Shown piece by piece: positions 1 to 9,864 of a DNA stretch of 57,285 bases. The number at the start of each line of letters is the position of its first letter. Position 1 is the stretch's first letter. The stretch covers positions 1 to 57,285 of the forward strand of contig JBGFRI010000050.1 in NCBI GenBank assembly GCA_041695225.1, given 5' to 3'. The notes beneath the pieces are model-generated. The model made no database searches and was not told the DNA's origin. It was given only the letters and a program-made list of their open reading frames with translations. The stretch is from Deinococcota bacterium. GTDB lineage: Bacteria > Deinococcota > Deinococci > Deinococcales > Thermaceae. The translations under genes were made by a program, and so were the position numbers.

Positions 1-157
1 ACGGGTTCGCAGCACCAACGCAAAACCGACCTCGGTCCCGACGTCACGCCGGAGTATACCAGGGGCCCTGCTTCATGCTCCGGGGTCCCTCGGGACGGAT
101 GGGCAACTATTGACTATAGACATTACCCAAATGCAATTTTTGCGCTAAAATATTCCT

Positions 158-513
<356 letters not shown>

Positions 514-708
514 AAAACTTTTATCGTCTTCTGGCACCTGGTCCCCCGAAGGCCGGTGTGTTTGATTTACTGGCAGGTTGTCCATCTAAACAGGTGGCTT
601 CGCTGGAAGGTGCAAGACCTGTATCCCACCAATAACTCTTTGAAGCCAGATGCAACAACAGCGCTATCCTCATGGCCCGGCGCCAGCAAGAGTGCTCTGT
701 GCCTAACC

Positions 709-1326
709 CTACTCCAGTACCCGCCACAAATACCAGGCAGCATGCGAGCGATAGGGGCGGAAGCGCTCCCCAAGCTCCTGGAGTGCAGGCTGGTCGGCAA
801 TGCCGTAGAGTCTTTCGGCTCCTTTGCGGATGCCCAGATCCAGCACCGGCCAAACATCGGGGCGGCCCAGACCAAACATCAAGAACATCTGCGCCGTCCA
901 GACCCCGATGCCTTTTACCAGGGTAAGGCGCTGGATCACCTCCTGGTCGGGCTGGCTTTCAATTCCATTCAGGCCGCCCTCCAAGGCAAAGCGCGACAGG
1001 TCTTGCACATAGCGGGCCTTGGAGCCGGACAATCCAGTAGCCCGCAAATCTTCCAGCCGGGCCAGGTACAGCACCTCGGGGCTTAGAGCAAACCGGGTGG
1101 TTAGGCGCTTCCAGATGGTCTCGGCGGCCTTGCCGGATAGCTGCTGGCCCACAATTGAGCTAACCAGGGTGGAATAAGGGGGCTCGGTCTGGAAAGGGTT
1201 GGGCCAGAAAGGCGCGGGGCCGTGCTGCTGCGCCAGGCTCTGCATGATGGCATCACTGAACTCCACCTGGCCCACGGGCCGGGCCACTGGCGCTTTCTTT
1301 CGCTGGGGTCTGGAGCTGAGGGGCAT
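709..1326 (-). CDS. DNA-3-methyladenine glycosylase II (AlkA/HhH-GPD family)
   Basis: SIVGQQLSGKAA, HhH motif LTLVKGIGVWTAQM, PDVWPVLDLG, RPYRSHAAWYLW. Confidence 0.9.
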   Translation of the reverse strand: MPLSSRPQRKKAPVARPVGQVEFSDAIMQSLAQQHGPAPFWPNPFQTEPPYSTLVSSIVGQQLSGKAAETIWKRLTTRFALSPEVLYLARLEDLRATGLSGSKARYVQDLSRFALEGGLNGIESQPDQEVIQRLTLVKGIGVWTAQMFLMFGLGRPDVWPVLDLGIRKGAERLYGIADQPALQELGERFRPYRSHAAWYLWRVLE

Positions 1327-1491
1327 CTTCCCAAAACTCTATCCCAATTTCCCCGCAGCACGTATGACCCACCCCAAACACAACGGTCTCTGGCCGACGT
1401 ATGCCCCTAATGGCTTGATGCAACCACTGCCAGGCGCTCTATCTGGTAGCGCTGCGACAAATGGGCGAAGGCTCGAGGTCATTTGAAAAAT

Positions 1492-1602
1492 CTCCTCTCC
1501 CCTGGCGGGAGAGGCCAGGTGAGGGGGCGAGCACAGCGAAGCATGGCGTCTTTGGCGGCATTCAACCCTCACCCCAACCCTATCCAAGTTTGGGAGAGGG
1601 GG
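1492..1602. repeat. Pair of inverted REP-like palindromes (CCTCTCCC..GGGAGAGG..GGTGAGGG)
   Basis: Hairpin unit at 1492-1527 and its inverted counterpart at 1566-1602; a similar unit lies at 51293-51329. Confidence 0.7.
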
Positions 1603-1756
1603 CCCAGAGTGCCGCCCTTTCAGCTGTCGTGCGCACTGTAAATTCTCCTCAGTAGACCTGGTGTCCCGGCAATTTCTGAGTGCCCCCTAAAAACCCACAC
1701 CGAGGTGGAAGGTTCGGCGGTTTGTCTGGTCTCGTCGTTGTAGCGCCGTTTGATAA

Positions 1757-2233
1757 TTACTTCTCTCTGCGCCACTCACCCGACTTTCCCCCCGATTTGT
1801 AGAGCAGGCGCAGGCCGGTAATTTCCAGGCCCTTGCTGGCTGCTTTGAGCATGTCGTAGACCGTAAGGGCCGCCACTGCGCAAGCGGTCAGGGCCTCCAT
1901 CTCTACCCCCGTTTCAGCTTTGGTCTTGACAGTAGCCCGGATGTAGACCCTGGCTTCTTCGGGCGCAAAGCGAAGCTCCACCTCTGCAGCGGTAATGGGT
2001 AGCGGATGACATAGCGGAATGAGTTCACCGGTTTTTTTAGCCGCCATTATCCCTGCTAACTGGGCCACACTCAGGGGGTCGCCCTTTCCCACCCCGCCTT
2101 CTTGCAGGGCCTGCACCGCTTCGGGTTGCAGTAAAACCTCGGCCTCGGCGGTAGCGGTGCGCAGGCTGGCGGTTTTCTCGCTTACATCCACCATGCGTGG
2201 CTGGCCGTCTGCAAAATGCGTTAGCTTGCCCAT
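1757..2233 (-). CDS. moaC: Cyclic pyranopterin monophosphate synthase MoaC
   Basis: [50 protein letters not shown] 2233 has TACTCT 6 nt upstream. Confidence 0.95.
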   Translation of the reverse strand: MGKLTHFADGQPRMVDVSEKTASLRTATAEAEVLLQPEAVQALQEGGVGKGDPLSVAQLAGIMAAKKTGELIPLCHPLPITAAEVELRFAPEEARVYIRATVKTKAETGVEMEALTACAVAALTVYDMLKAASKGLEITGLRLLYKSGGKSGEWRREK

Positions 2234-2245
2234 ACCAACAGAGTA

Positions 2246-2406
2246 AAGCGTTGAGAGTCGAGCGTCGAGGGCTGTTGTCCCTTTATCGCGGTTCTCTCTG
2301 TTCTGGCGGCCAATGTTAGCGGCTACAGAAAGCGTCGAGGGTCCAGGGTCGAGAGCTGCTGACCCCCTATCGCGGCTCTCTGGATTTTGGCCCCCAATCC
2401 TTGCGG
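2246..2406. repeat. Imperfect tandem duplication, 84-bp period
   Basis: aagcgttgagagtcgagcgtcgagggctgttg.. (2246) versus aagcgtcgagggtccagggtcgagagctgctg.. (2330). Confidence 0.7.
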
Positions 2407-2471
2407 TGAAAAATGAGTTCTGCACGGCGTTCTGGTTTCTGGGGGTTGCGGGATTATTCCCGAAAACCACA

Positions 2472-3242
2472 CTAAATGTCCTTCCGCTCGAAAATTAGCA
2501 GGGCCAGGACAGAGAATCCTACGGTGTAGATAATGAGCAGGGGCAGGCCTAGGCCCACGGCCTCGGGGCGGATGTACAGGTCCAGGTAGCTGGTGAGCAG
2601 AAAGGGCTGAATGGCCGGGAAGGCAACCAGCAGGCGCATCAGCAGCAGAGTCGAGACCGCAGCCAGGGCCGCCGAGGTGGTGCTGAGAAAGACCACCGCA
2701 TAGAGCATGGCCAGGGCCGAGAGCGGCCAGAGTACCACCCCTGCCAGAGCATGGGCATTTAGCAGCTCCATAAACGCTGCGGCTGGGGTTAGCTGGCCCA
2801 GACCGGCAAAGCCACCCTCTCCCAGACCGGTTCCGCCAAAAAAGCTTCCCAGGCCAAAAGGCGCGCCCGCCAGCAGCGAACCCAGCAGACTGACCAGTAG
2901 TAGAATGAACGGGTAAGCCAGCACCACCAAAATTTTTGCACCCAGCAAGCGGCTGCGAGGGCTGGGGCGCAGCAGCACCGATTTGAGGGTGCCCATCGAG
3001 ACCTCGGAGCCCAGCACTTCGGCCGCGGCCATTGCGGTGAGGAACGGGAAGAGGAAGTCCATGCCAGTCAGAAGCGATAGGGCCGGCACCTGCCAGCCCG
3101 AGACCAGCTCGAGGCCATGCAACTCCCGCAGCCCGGGCGCAAAGGCCCACAGAATCGGAAGTACCAGCGCCGCCAGCAGCCCAATCTGTACCGAGCGCAG
3201 CCGCGCCAGCTTGCCAAACTCCCAGATCAATACCCGCAGCAT
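2472..3242 (-). CDS. ABC-2 type transporter permease
   Basis: About 6 hydrophobic segments, [20 protein letters not shown] motif, ends FERKDI. Confidence 0.9.
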   Translation of the reverse strand: MLRVLIWEFGKLARLRSVQIGLLAALVLPILWAFAPGLRELHGLELVSGWQVPALSLLTGMDFLFPFLTAMAAAEVLGSEVSMGTLKSVLLRPSPRSRLLGAKILVVLAYPFILLLVSLLGSLLAGAPFGLGSFFGGTGLGEGGFAGLGQLTPAAAFMELLNAHALAGVVLWPLSALAMLYAVVFLSTTSAALAAVSTLLLMRLLVAFPAIQPFLLTSYLDLYIRPEAVGLGLPLLIIYTVGFSVLALLIFERKDI

Positions 3243-3334
3243 GGTCTGCTCCTTAATAGCTGAAAGCCAAAAGTCGAAGGTCCAGGGCCCAACCCAGCCA
3301 ACTGTCGGCTTTCGACTATAGAGCTCAGATGAGC

Positions 3335-3430
3335 CGCGACCTGCGACCCCAGACTTGCGACCTTTCCGGATGGTTTAGACCGGTGTGACCAGACAAACAC
3401 CACAAACCCCGACCCCCGACCCCCGACCAC
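3335..3430. repeat. Degenerate 7-bp repeat cluster between ABC genes
   Basis: gcgacct/gcgaccc/cagactt/gcgacct and cgacccc repeats. Confidence 0.6.
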
Positions 3431-3440
3431 TACTGACTGG

Positions 3441-4358
3441 CTAGGCATTTTTCACCCTTTCGCGGTAGTAGTCCCAGAGGTCAAAATAGTCGGGTTCCAG
3501 AAACTGTACCTGATAGTTTTCACGCACTAAAGCAGCCAGAGCCTGGCTGGGAGACCCCTCGAAAATCACGTTTACGTTGCGCAGGCTAACGTTCTGCACC
3601 CCCGGCACCGTCTTGAGGAAGGCCGCAGCCCTGGCCGGGTCGCTCACTCTCAGGCGGTAGGTCTCGCCCTTAGAGCCCAGCCTGACCTCTTCCAGTAGGC
3701 GCCCGCCGCCCAGAATACCGACCTTGTCGGCATAGGCCGAGACCTCGCGCAGGTGGTGGGTGGAAAGCAGCACCGCCACACCTTTCCAGACCAGTTCCGA
3801 CAGAATCTCGTGCACCTTGCTGATGCCCTGGGGGTCCAGGCCGCTGGTCGGCTCATCCAGAATCAGGATCTGCGGCTCGTGCAGAATTGCCGAGGCTAGC
3901 CCCAGCCGCTGGCGCTGGCCCAGCGAATAGGTACGCACGGGCTGGTCGGCTACCGCCAGCAGCTCGAGCCTGGCCAGTACCTCGCGGATGCGGGCATCCA
4001 CCTGCGACATTCCAGTCAGAAAGGCCGCCATCTCGAGGTTCTGCCGCCCGCTCAGGTGGGGGTAGAAAGCCGCCGGCGCCTCCACCACCGCCCCCAGCGC
4101 TCTCCGGGCCAGGTAGCCTCCGTTGTAGATGTCCTGCCCGAGCATCCTGACCACCCCCGAGGTGGGGAAAGCCAGGCCGGTGAGCAGGCGGATCAGGGTG
4201 GTTTTGCCGGAGCCATTGGGCCCGGCCAGGGCGTAGACCTCGCCGGGCTGCACAGCAAAGGAAATGCTCTCCAGCACGGGTTTGCGCCCGTATTTTTTAC
4301 TCAGCTCCTGGGCCTCCAGGGCAGCTCCGGAGATACTGGTTGCCGCTGCTTCGCTCAT
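3441..4358 (-). CDS. ABC transporter ATP-binding protein
   Basis: Walker A GPNGSGKTT, signature YSLGQRQR, Walker B LILDEPT. Confidence 0.95.
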   Translation of the reverse strand: MSEAAATSISGAALEAQELSKKYGRKPVLESISFAVQPGEVYALAGPNGSGKTTLIRLLTGLAFPTSGVVRMLGQDIYNGGYLARRALGAVVEAPAAFYPHLSGRQNLEMAAFLTGMSQVDARIREVLARLELLAVADQPVRTYSLGQRQRLGLASAILHEPQILILDEPTSGLDPQGISKVHEILSELVWKGVAVLLSTHHLREVSAYADKVGILGGGRLLEEVRLGSKGETYRLRVSDPARAAAFLKTVPGVQNVSLRNVNVIFEGSPSQALAALVRENYQVQFLEPDYFDLWDYYRERVKNA

Positions 4359-4437
4359 GGGTGAGATTATACGGAGGTAATGCGCCGGGCCTGGTTCACG
4401 TCCGCCAGATGCGTGGCTGGCGTAACCAAATGTCTCA

Positions 4438-4497
4438 GGTCGAGGGTCGAGGGTCGAAGGTCAAAAGCTATCGGCTATCAGCTATTGGCTATAGGCT
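4438..4497. repeat. 7-bp repeat array
   Basis: ggtcgag ggtcgag ggtcgaa ggtcaaa agctatc ggctatc agctatt ggctata. Confidence 0.8.
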
Positions 4498-4584
4498 AAT
4501 GGAAGGACTCAAAAGGGCTGCCGCGATAGGTTGCTTCAGCTAGCCCACCTTGCCTTTGGGCTTGGCTGTGTTATTCTCGAGGTC

Positions 4585-4687
4585 GCGTCCTCGGTCTGAC
4601 GCGGCGCGCCAGCGTGAACCGGGTCAGGGTCGGAAGGCAGCAGCCCTAAGCGCCACGGAGCGGGTGCCGTCAGGAAGCCGGGGACGC
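4585..4687 (+). ncRNA. ffs: SRP 4.5S RNA
   Basis: Helix-8 motif GGGTCAGG-GTC-GGAA-GGC-AGCAGCCC; ends GCGTCC/GGACGC pair; followed by a T-run. Confidence 0.93.
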
Positions 4688-4746
4688 TTTTTATTACTGG
4701 TTCTTCCGGCTTCGGTGTGGGCTGGGCGTTTGCCAGGAGCATGAAA

Positions 4747-4799
4747 AGTCGCAGGTCGCAGGTCGCATGACCCGAGACTCGAGACCCGAGACTTGTGAC
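4747..4799. repeat. 7-bp repeat array with inverted halves
   Basis: aagtcgc aggtcgc aggtcgc atgaccc gagactc gagaccc gagactt gtgac. Confidence 0.7.
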
Positions 4800-4860
4800 A
4801 TTCTTTAGAGGGTCATACTGGCCGCTTCTCACCTGGTAGCGCCTTATACTTCGCAGTGGG

Positions 4861-5877
4861 ATGTTACAGCGCTATCTTTTACGCGAAACCCTGTCGCTGT
4901 ACCTGCTAGGTGTACTGCTTTTCGTGGGGCTGATCACCTTCGATCTGCTCTCCTCACTTTCGGGGGCTTTCCTGAGGGCCGGCACTCCTGTGGCTGAAAT
5001 CGCTCTGATGGTTGCCTACCGGGTGCCCCACACCCTGGGCATCGCGCTGCCGTTAGGCCTGGTGTTTGCCCTGCTGGTAGCCCTGGCCCGCTGGATTCGC
5101 CAGTCCGAACTTAAAGCCGCCTATGCCGCTGGCGTGCCGCCGCGCGCCTTTTTGGGGCCAGTTTTGGGGTTGGGGCTTCTGGTGGGGGCAGTGATGCTGG
5201 CCAACGAAGGTTGGGTCAAACCCATCAGCCAGGAACGCTTCGAGGCTTTGCTGCACAAGGTGTTTTATGGCGCAGAGCCTTCGGGTGTGCTCACCGAGCG
5301 CACCTTCACGCCCCAGGGAATGGGTGTCTACTATGCCCAGCGCATCTACCCTCCGCCACCAGGGCAGGTGGGGGCCCGCCTCGAGGGCATCCGGGTGGTG
5401 GAGCCTGGCGGCGCAGTCTGGAGCGCCGACCAGGGTGTCTGGGTAAGCGGGGCCTGGCGGCTCATAAATGCCTACCGGGTAGACCCCAGCGGAGAAGTTT
5501 TCCACATGACCGAGCAGCCCCTGCCTTTTCCGGTGGGTGTCAAGCCCAGGGCCATCTCTTTTGAGGCCATGCCCATGCCCTATCTGCATGCGGCTGCTAT
5601 AGCCGACCCCGCGGCGCAATTCCCCTTAGCCCGGCGCTACGCCAACGCCGCGGGCACGCTGGTGCTGGCCTGGCTGGCTATAGTGATTGGACTCTCGCTG
5701 CGCGAACCGGCCTGGGCTTTTATTGCCGTGGTGGGTCTGATTTTTGGCTATTACGCCCTCTTCACCCTATCGGCCCAGTTCGCCCGCTTCGAGGTGATGG
5801 GTGCCTATGCTGCCTGGCTGCCCAATTTGGTCTATGGGGTGCTGGCCCTTTTGGGCACCTGGAGGCTTTTGCGATGA
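4861..5877 (+). CDS. LptF/LptG family permease
   Basis: LQRYLLRE start, SELKAAYAAGVP motif, 3+3 TM layout, ends AAWLPNLVY. Confidence 0.88.
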   Translation: MLQRYLLRETLSLYLLGVLLFVGLITFDLLSSLSGAFLRAGTPVAEIALMVAYRVPHTLGIALPLGLVFALLVALARWIRQSELKAAYAAGVPPRAFLGPVLGLGLLVGAVMLANEGWVKPISQERFEALLHKVFYGAEPSGVLTERTFTPQGMGVYYAQRIYPPPPGQVGARLEGIRVVEPGGAVWSADQGVWVSGAWRLINAYRVDPSGEVFHMTEQPLPFPVGVKPRAISFEAMPMPYLHAAAIADPAAQFPLARRYANAAGTLVLAWLAIVIGLSLREPAWAFIAVVGLIFGYYALFTLSAQFARFEVMGAYAAWLPNLVYGVLALLGTWRLLR

Positions 5878-5890
5878 GCCGGAGGCAGCG

Positions 5891-6931
5891 GTGAGCACGC
5901 TCGACCGGTATCTGACCAGGGAGGTTGGAACCTACCTGCTAGGGACCCTGGCGGTGGTTGTACTGGCGCTTCTGGCAGGGGCACTGTACGAGGTTCTGGC
6001 ACCCCTGCTGGCCAGGGGCGCCGATCCGCTGGTGGTTAGCCAGTATCTGGCCTTCCGCGTGCCCGAGGCCCTGGTGCGAGGGCTGCCACTGGCTTTTCTG
6101 TTTGCTCTATTGCTGGTACTTTCACGCATGGGCGAGGAGTCGGAGCTAAAAGCCATGCTGGCCAGCGGGATCTCCAAGCTGCGGGTGCTGGTGCCGTTGC
6201 TGCTTTTGGGAAGTTTTTTGTTTGTGGTCTGTATGGCAGCAGCCGATACCCTGGTGCCGCAGAGCCTGCAGCAAGGGCAGAATGTTCTGCGGCAGACTGT
6301 TCTGCAACAGCCCAGAGCCCTCTTGCAGCCCGGTACGCGGCTGGTAGACGCCTTTGGACGAATTGTCTACATTGGCCAGGTCGGAGATGCCGGTATTGGT
6401 CAGGTGCGGGTAATCACCCCCGAGGAGATTCTGGTCGCCGCCGAGGGCCGCTTTGAACAGGGCTCACTGGTGCTTTCCGAGGGGCTGCGCATCACCCTGG
6501 GGGGGGCCAGACCGCGCACCGTGGCGCACTTTGAACGGGCCATAGTACCTCTGGTGGAGCTGGCCTTAGAGCCGCCGGGGGGTCTCTTTACCCTTACTGT
6601 GGCCGAGCTGCGCAGGCGCATCGCCCAGTACCGGGTTCATGGCCTGCCCTACCATGCCGAACTGACCGCCCTGCACCGCAAATGGGCCGAGCCCGCCGTA
6701 GTCTATTCATTTGCCATCTTTGCGGTCGGGCTGGCTTTTTACCTGCTGGGAGGCAGCCGCAGCCTGGGCATGCTGGGAGTAGTGGTGCTTACCTTTATCT
6801 ACTACGCCACCTGGAGCGTGGGCCGCATTATGGGCGAGCAGGGAGTTCTGAACCCCATTCTGGCGGCCTGGGGGCCGAATTTGCTCTACGCCATCGCCGG
6901 GCTGGCTCTGCTACGACTGGGGAAGCGATGA
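5891..6931 (+). CDS. LptF/LptG family permease
   Basis: GTG start after GGAGG; TLDRYLTRE, SRMGEESELKAMLASGIS, AAWGPNLLY. Confidence 0.88.
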   Translation: MSTLDRYLTREVGTYLLGTLAVVVLALLAGALYEVLAPLLARGADPLVVSQYLAFRVPEALVRGLPLAFLFALLLVLSRMGEESELKAMLASGISKLRVLVPLLLLGSFLFVVCMAAADTLVPQSLQQGQNVLRQTVLQQPRALLQPGTRLVDAFGRIVYIGQVGDAGIGQVRVITPEEILVAAEGRFEQGSLVLSEGLRITLGGARPRTVAHFERAIVPLVELALEPPGGLFTLTVAELRRRIAQYRVHGLPYHAELTALHRKWAEPAVVYSFAIFAVGLAFYLLGGSRSLGMLGVVVLTFIYYATWSVGRIMGEQGVLNPILAAWGPNLLYAIAGLALLRLGKR

Positions 6932-9864
6932 GCAAGTGTGCTGGGGAGAGGGGGGGAGGGGGAGCAAAAGCAGTCTCTCCACTGCCCCCTTGCTCCACTG
7001 CTCCCCTGCTCCTGCTACTCGCCCTGCTGCTCTTCGCACCCGCTCTGGCCCAGGAAACCGAGCAGGCGCCAACAACGGGGGGCAAAAGGTTAAAGATACT
7101 CGAGGCCGACCGCCTGGAACTACGCAATGAGTCGGGTGAGGAGCTGGCCATACTGGTGGGAAACCCGGTCCGCATGGAGCGGGACGGCGAGAGCATCGAA
7201 GCCCTGAGGGTAATTTTCAACCGCACCCAACAACGCCTGCTCCTGATGGGCCAGGTGCGCTACCAGGACCGACAGGGCCAGATTATCGAGGCAGAGGAAC
7301 TCGAGCTCTTCACCGACGACGAAAGCTTCGAGGCCATCGAGGTCAGGATCGTATCTGGCGACTTCTTCTTGAGCGGCCCCATCTGCCAGCGGGTTGCCGG
7401 GCAGATTCTCTTGCAGGAAGGGTATCTGACCCCCTGTGAGCGCTGCGAGCACGATATAGCCGACTTCGCCTTCCAGGCCCGCGAGGTGGTTCTCTTTCCG
7501 GGCGACCGGGTCATCGCCCGTGGGGTCTGGGTGCTTTTGCGTGGCGAACGCACCCTGTACCTGCCGGTACTGATTATGTTTCTAAATGAGCGGAGGCCCC
7601 GGTTCGAGATTGGACAAACCGATGCCGACGGGGTTTTTGTCAGCGCCGACCTGCCGTATGTGTCGGACTTTGGCATTGGGTTCGCCCTGCTGCGCTACTT
7701 CGAGCGACGCGGCTGGGGCTTTGGCTTTGATCACTTTGGGGTGGGTGATGCCGACGAGCGCTACAAGTTTTTGTATCTGCCCCCACCGGCCGGGGTGGTG
7801 CTGCCCGACAGCGACCCCCGCCAGGATGGCATCTTCAAATACCGCTTTAGCTACCGGCTGGAAGAGCCCGGCTGGCGGCTTCAGGGGCTGGTCCTCCGCG
7901 ACGATAGCCCTGCGGTGGAGCCGCGCTTTCTGGGCGGGGCCGGGGGCCAGCCCGACTTTACTACTTTTTTTATCGAGGGGGCCACGCGCCTGGGCGAGCC
8001 GCTGTACCGGTTTACCCTGGACGGCTACATTGACCACAACCCACTGGCCCTGCCCAACGAGCGTGTCGCCCCTCAGCGCCTGCCCGAGGTCGAGGTTACC
8101 TTTCCCCGGGGAATTGAGGGCGAGTTTCGCCTGACCGGGCGGGCTCTGCTTGGCTACTACCTGGCCCCCGGCAACCCTCTCAACCGCAGCGCCCGGCGGC
8201 TGGGGCCGCATATTGGCGCGGGGCGGCTCTGGCTCGAGCATCGCAGCAGCTACCGGCCTGCCAGACCGCTGTGGCCGGGCTTTAGCTTTAGCATCGAGAA
8301 CACCTTTATCGGACGCTACTACACTACCCAGAACTTTGACCCTCAGGGCAACCCCACCGAGTACGAGCGCCTGATACGCTGGGATACCCGCGCGAGTGTG
8401 GGCCAGACCCTGGGGGCTTTTAGCGTAAACTTGAGTGCTAGCCGCAACGTAGTCGAGGGCGAAACTCCTTTTCAGTTCGACTTCGAGCGCCCCCAGCGGC
8501 TCAGCCGGGTAGATGGCTCATTCGGCTTCAACCCCGATCCGATTTTTTCTTTTACCGCCAGGGCCAGCCGCGACCTCGAGCGCGCCCTGTTCGACCGCCC
8601 CGCCGAGTTTGCCCTGGCCTCGCGCCCCTTCCCCTGGTTTAGCCTTACCTCAAGCTTTGGCCGCGATATTGAGCATGGCCGCTGGGGTCTCTTGCGCTCG
8701 GGCCTGGGCCTTTTTCCTTCCCCTTTTAGCCTCAGCCTGGCCTATGAGCGCAACCTCGAGCTGGGTCTGGACCGTCTGATGACCTTGAGCGCTGGTTATA
8801 ACCCCCTGCCCTTCAACTTCGCGCTGCGCACCGGCTACCGCTGGTGGGAGGTGCGGGACCTCGAGACCCGCCCCCCGGAGCAGATCAGGCTAATTGACCG
8901 CTACGACCCTCTGGAGCTTTCTGCCAGTTACAACCCGCCGGGCCAGACCACCTCGCTCACGCACAGCCGCGACCTGGGCAACGGGCAGGCTATGCGCACC
9001 GAGGTCAACGTGGTGCTGCACCAGGCTCCGGACAGCTTCCGGCTGCGCCAGACCTTTACCCACCTCTATACCCCCCTGCCCTCGGTCATCAACCCCACCC
9101 CCACCACCACCCCGGCGCTGCTGGACGGGCTGGCCCAGCTCACCTTGAGCCTGCATACCTTCGTTTTCACTCACGCCATCGGCTTTAGCCCCGGCAGCGA
9201 GACCCGGTTTCGGCTGGGCTACCAGTTCAGCGCCGACCTGTTGCAGGCCGACCTGCTTTGGGGAGTGCGGGCGGGTGAGCTACTCAACCCACGCCTGGCC
9301 CTGCGGGCGGCAGTGCGCGAGCCCGAGCTGTTCATCAACGAGATCTCGGCGGAGTTCCACTTCCCCGAGATAGAAAACCCCCTCACCCCCGAGGACGACA
9401 CCCAGGCTTTCCTGCGCTTTTTCCGCTTTAGCGGCGAGTGGGAGGTGCTGCCGGCGCCCCTGCGCGCGGGTGACCTGCCGGGCCTCTCGTTGCAGGGCCT
9501 CTTGAGCCTCGAGCGCCTGACCGACCACAGCGGGCGCTTCCGCGTGACCATGCGGGAGTTTGGCCCTACCTTCAGTTTTATGGGCCAGGAGAGGACCCGC
9601 CTGTTTTACCGTATGGTCTGGACCGCCCCCGAGGCCCCCGGGCAGGAGTTCTTTTTTCCCAACCTCGAGGGCACCATCCTGCGCCCCCGCTTCGAACTGG
9701 TTATTGACCGCTGCTGCTGGGCTTTCCGGGCCAGTCTGGATACCCTGCGGCAGGAGTTCCGGTTTTCCTTTGCCTTAGGGGGTGATGCTGCCGAGTTTCT
9801 GCTGAACCCGAACAACATCGTCCTGCCCGGTGGCATCCGGCTCCCTACCCCTGGAGGACGCTAG
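6928..9864 (+). CDS. LptD-like outer membrane protein (N-terminal OstA/LptA-like domain plus beta-strand-rich region)
   Basis: Signal peptide ending ALA-QE, LTPCERC motif, amphipathic aromatic beta strands, DRCCW near C-terminus; ATG overlaps previous stop; operonic with lptF/G. Confidence 0.7.
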   Translation: MSKCAGERGGGGAKAVSPLPPCSTAPLLLLLALLLFAPALAQETEQAPTTGGKRLKILEADRLELRNESGEELAILVGNPVRMERDGESIEALRVIFNRTQQRLLLMGQVRYQDRQGQIIEAEELELFTDDESFEAIEVRIVSGDFFLSGPICQRVAGQILLQEGYLTPCERCEHDIADFAFQAREVVLFPGDRVIARGVWVLLRGERTLYLPVLIMFLNERRPRFEIGQTDADGVFVSADLPYVSDFGIGFALLRYFERRGWGFGFDHFGVGDADERYKFLYLPPPAGVVLPDSDPRQDGIFKYRFSYRLEEPGWRLQGLVLRDDSPAVEPRFLGGAGGQPDFTTFFIEGATRLGEPLYRFTLDGYIDHNPLALPNERVAPQRLPEVEVTFPRGIEGEFRLTGRALLGYYLAPGNPLNRSARRLGPHIGAGRLWLEHRSSYRPARPLWPGFSFSIENTFIGRYYTTQNFDPQGNPTEYERLIRWDTRASVGQTLGAFSVNLSASRNVVEGETPFQFDFERPQRLSRVDGSFGFNPDPIFSFTARASRDLERALFDRPAEFALASRPFPWFSLTSSFGRDIEHGRWGLLRSGLGLFPSPFSLSLAYERNLELGLDRLMTLSAGYNPLPFNFALRTGYRWWEVRDLETRPPEQIRLIDRYDPLELSASYNPPGQTTSLTHSRDLGNGQAMRTEVNVVLHQAPDSFRLRQTFTHLYTPLPSVINPTPTTTPALLDGLAQLTLSLHTFVFTHAIGFSPGSETRFRLGYQFSADLLQADLLWGVRAGELLNPRLALRAAVREPELFINEISAEFHFPEIENPLTPEDDTQAFLRFFRFSGEWEVLPAPLRAGDLPGLSLQGLLSLERLTDHSGRFRVTMREFGPTFSFMGQERTRLFYRMVWTAPEAPGQEFFFPNLEGTILRPRFELVIDRCCWAFRASLDTLRQEFRFSFALGGDAAEFLLNPNNIVLPGGIRLPTPGGR

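Noticed and set aside
1650..1750. Possible structured ncRNA (6S-like or riboswitch) downstream of moaC
   Set aside because: Only short pairings and no family motif I can support; needs an Rfam search
2234..2470. N-terminal extension of the moaC ORF
   Set aside because: Translates an intergenic tandem repeat; the family-like sequence and a -10 box point to ATG 2233
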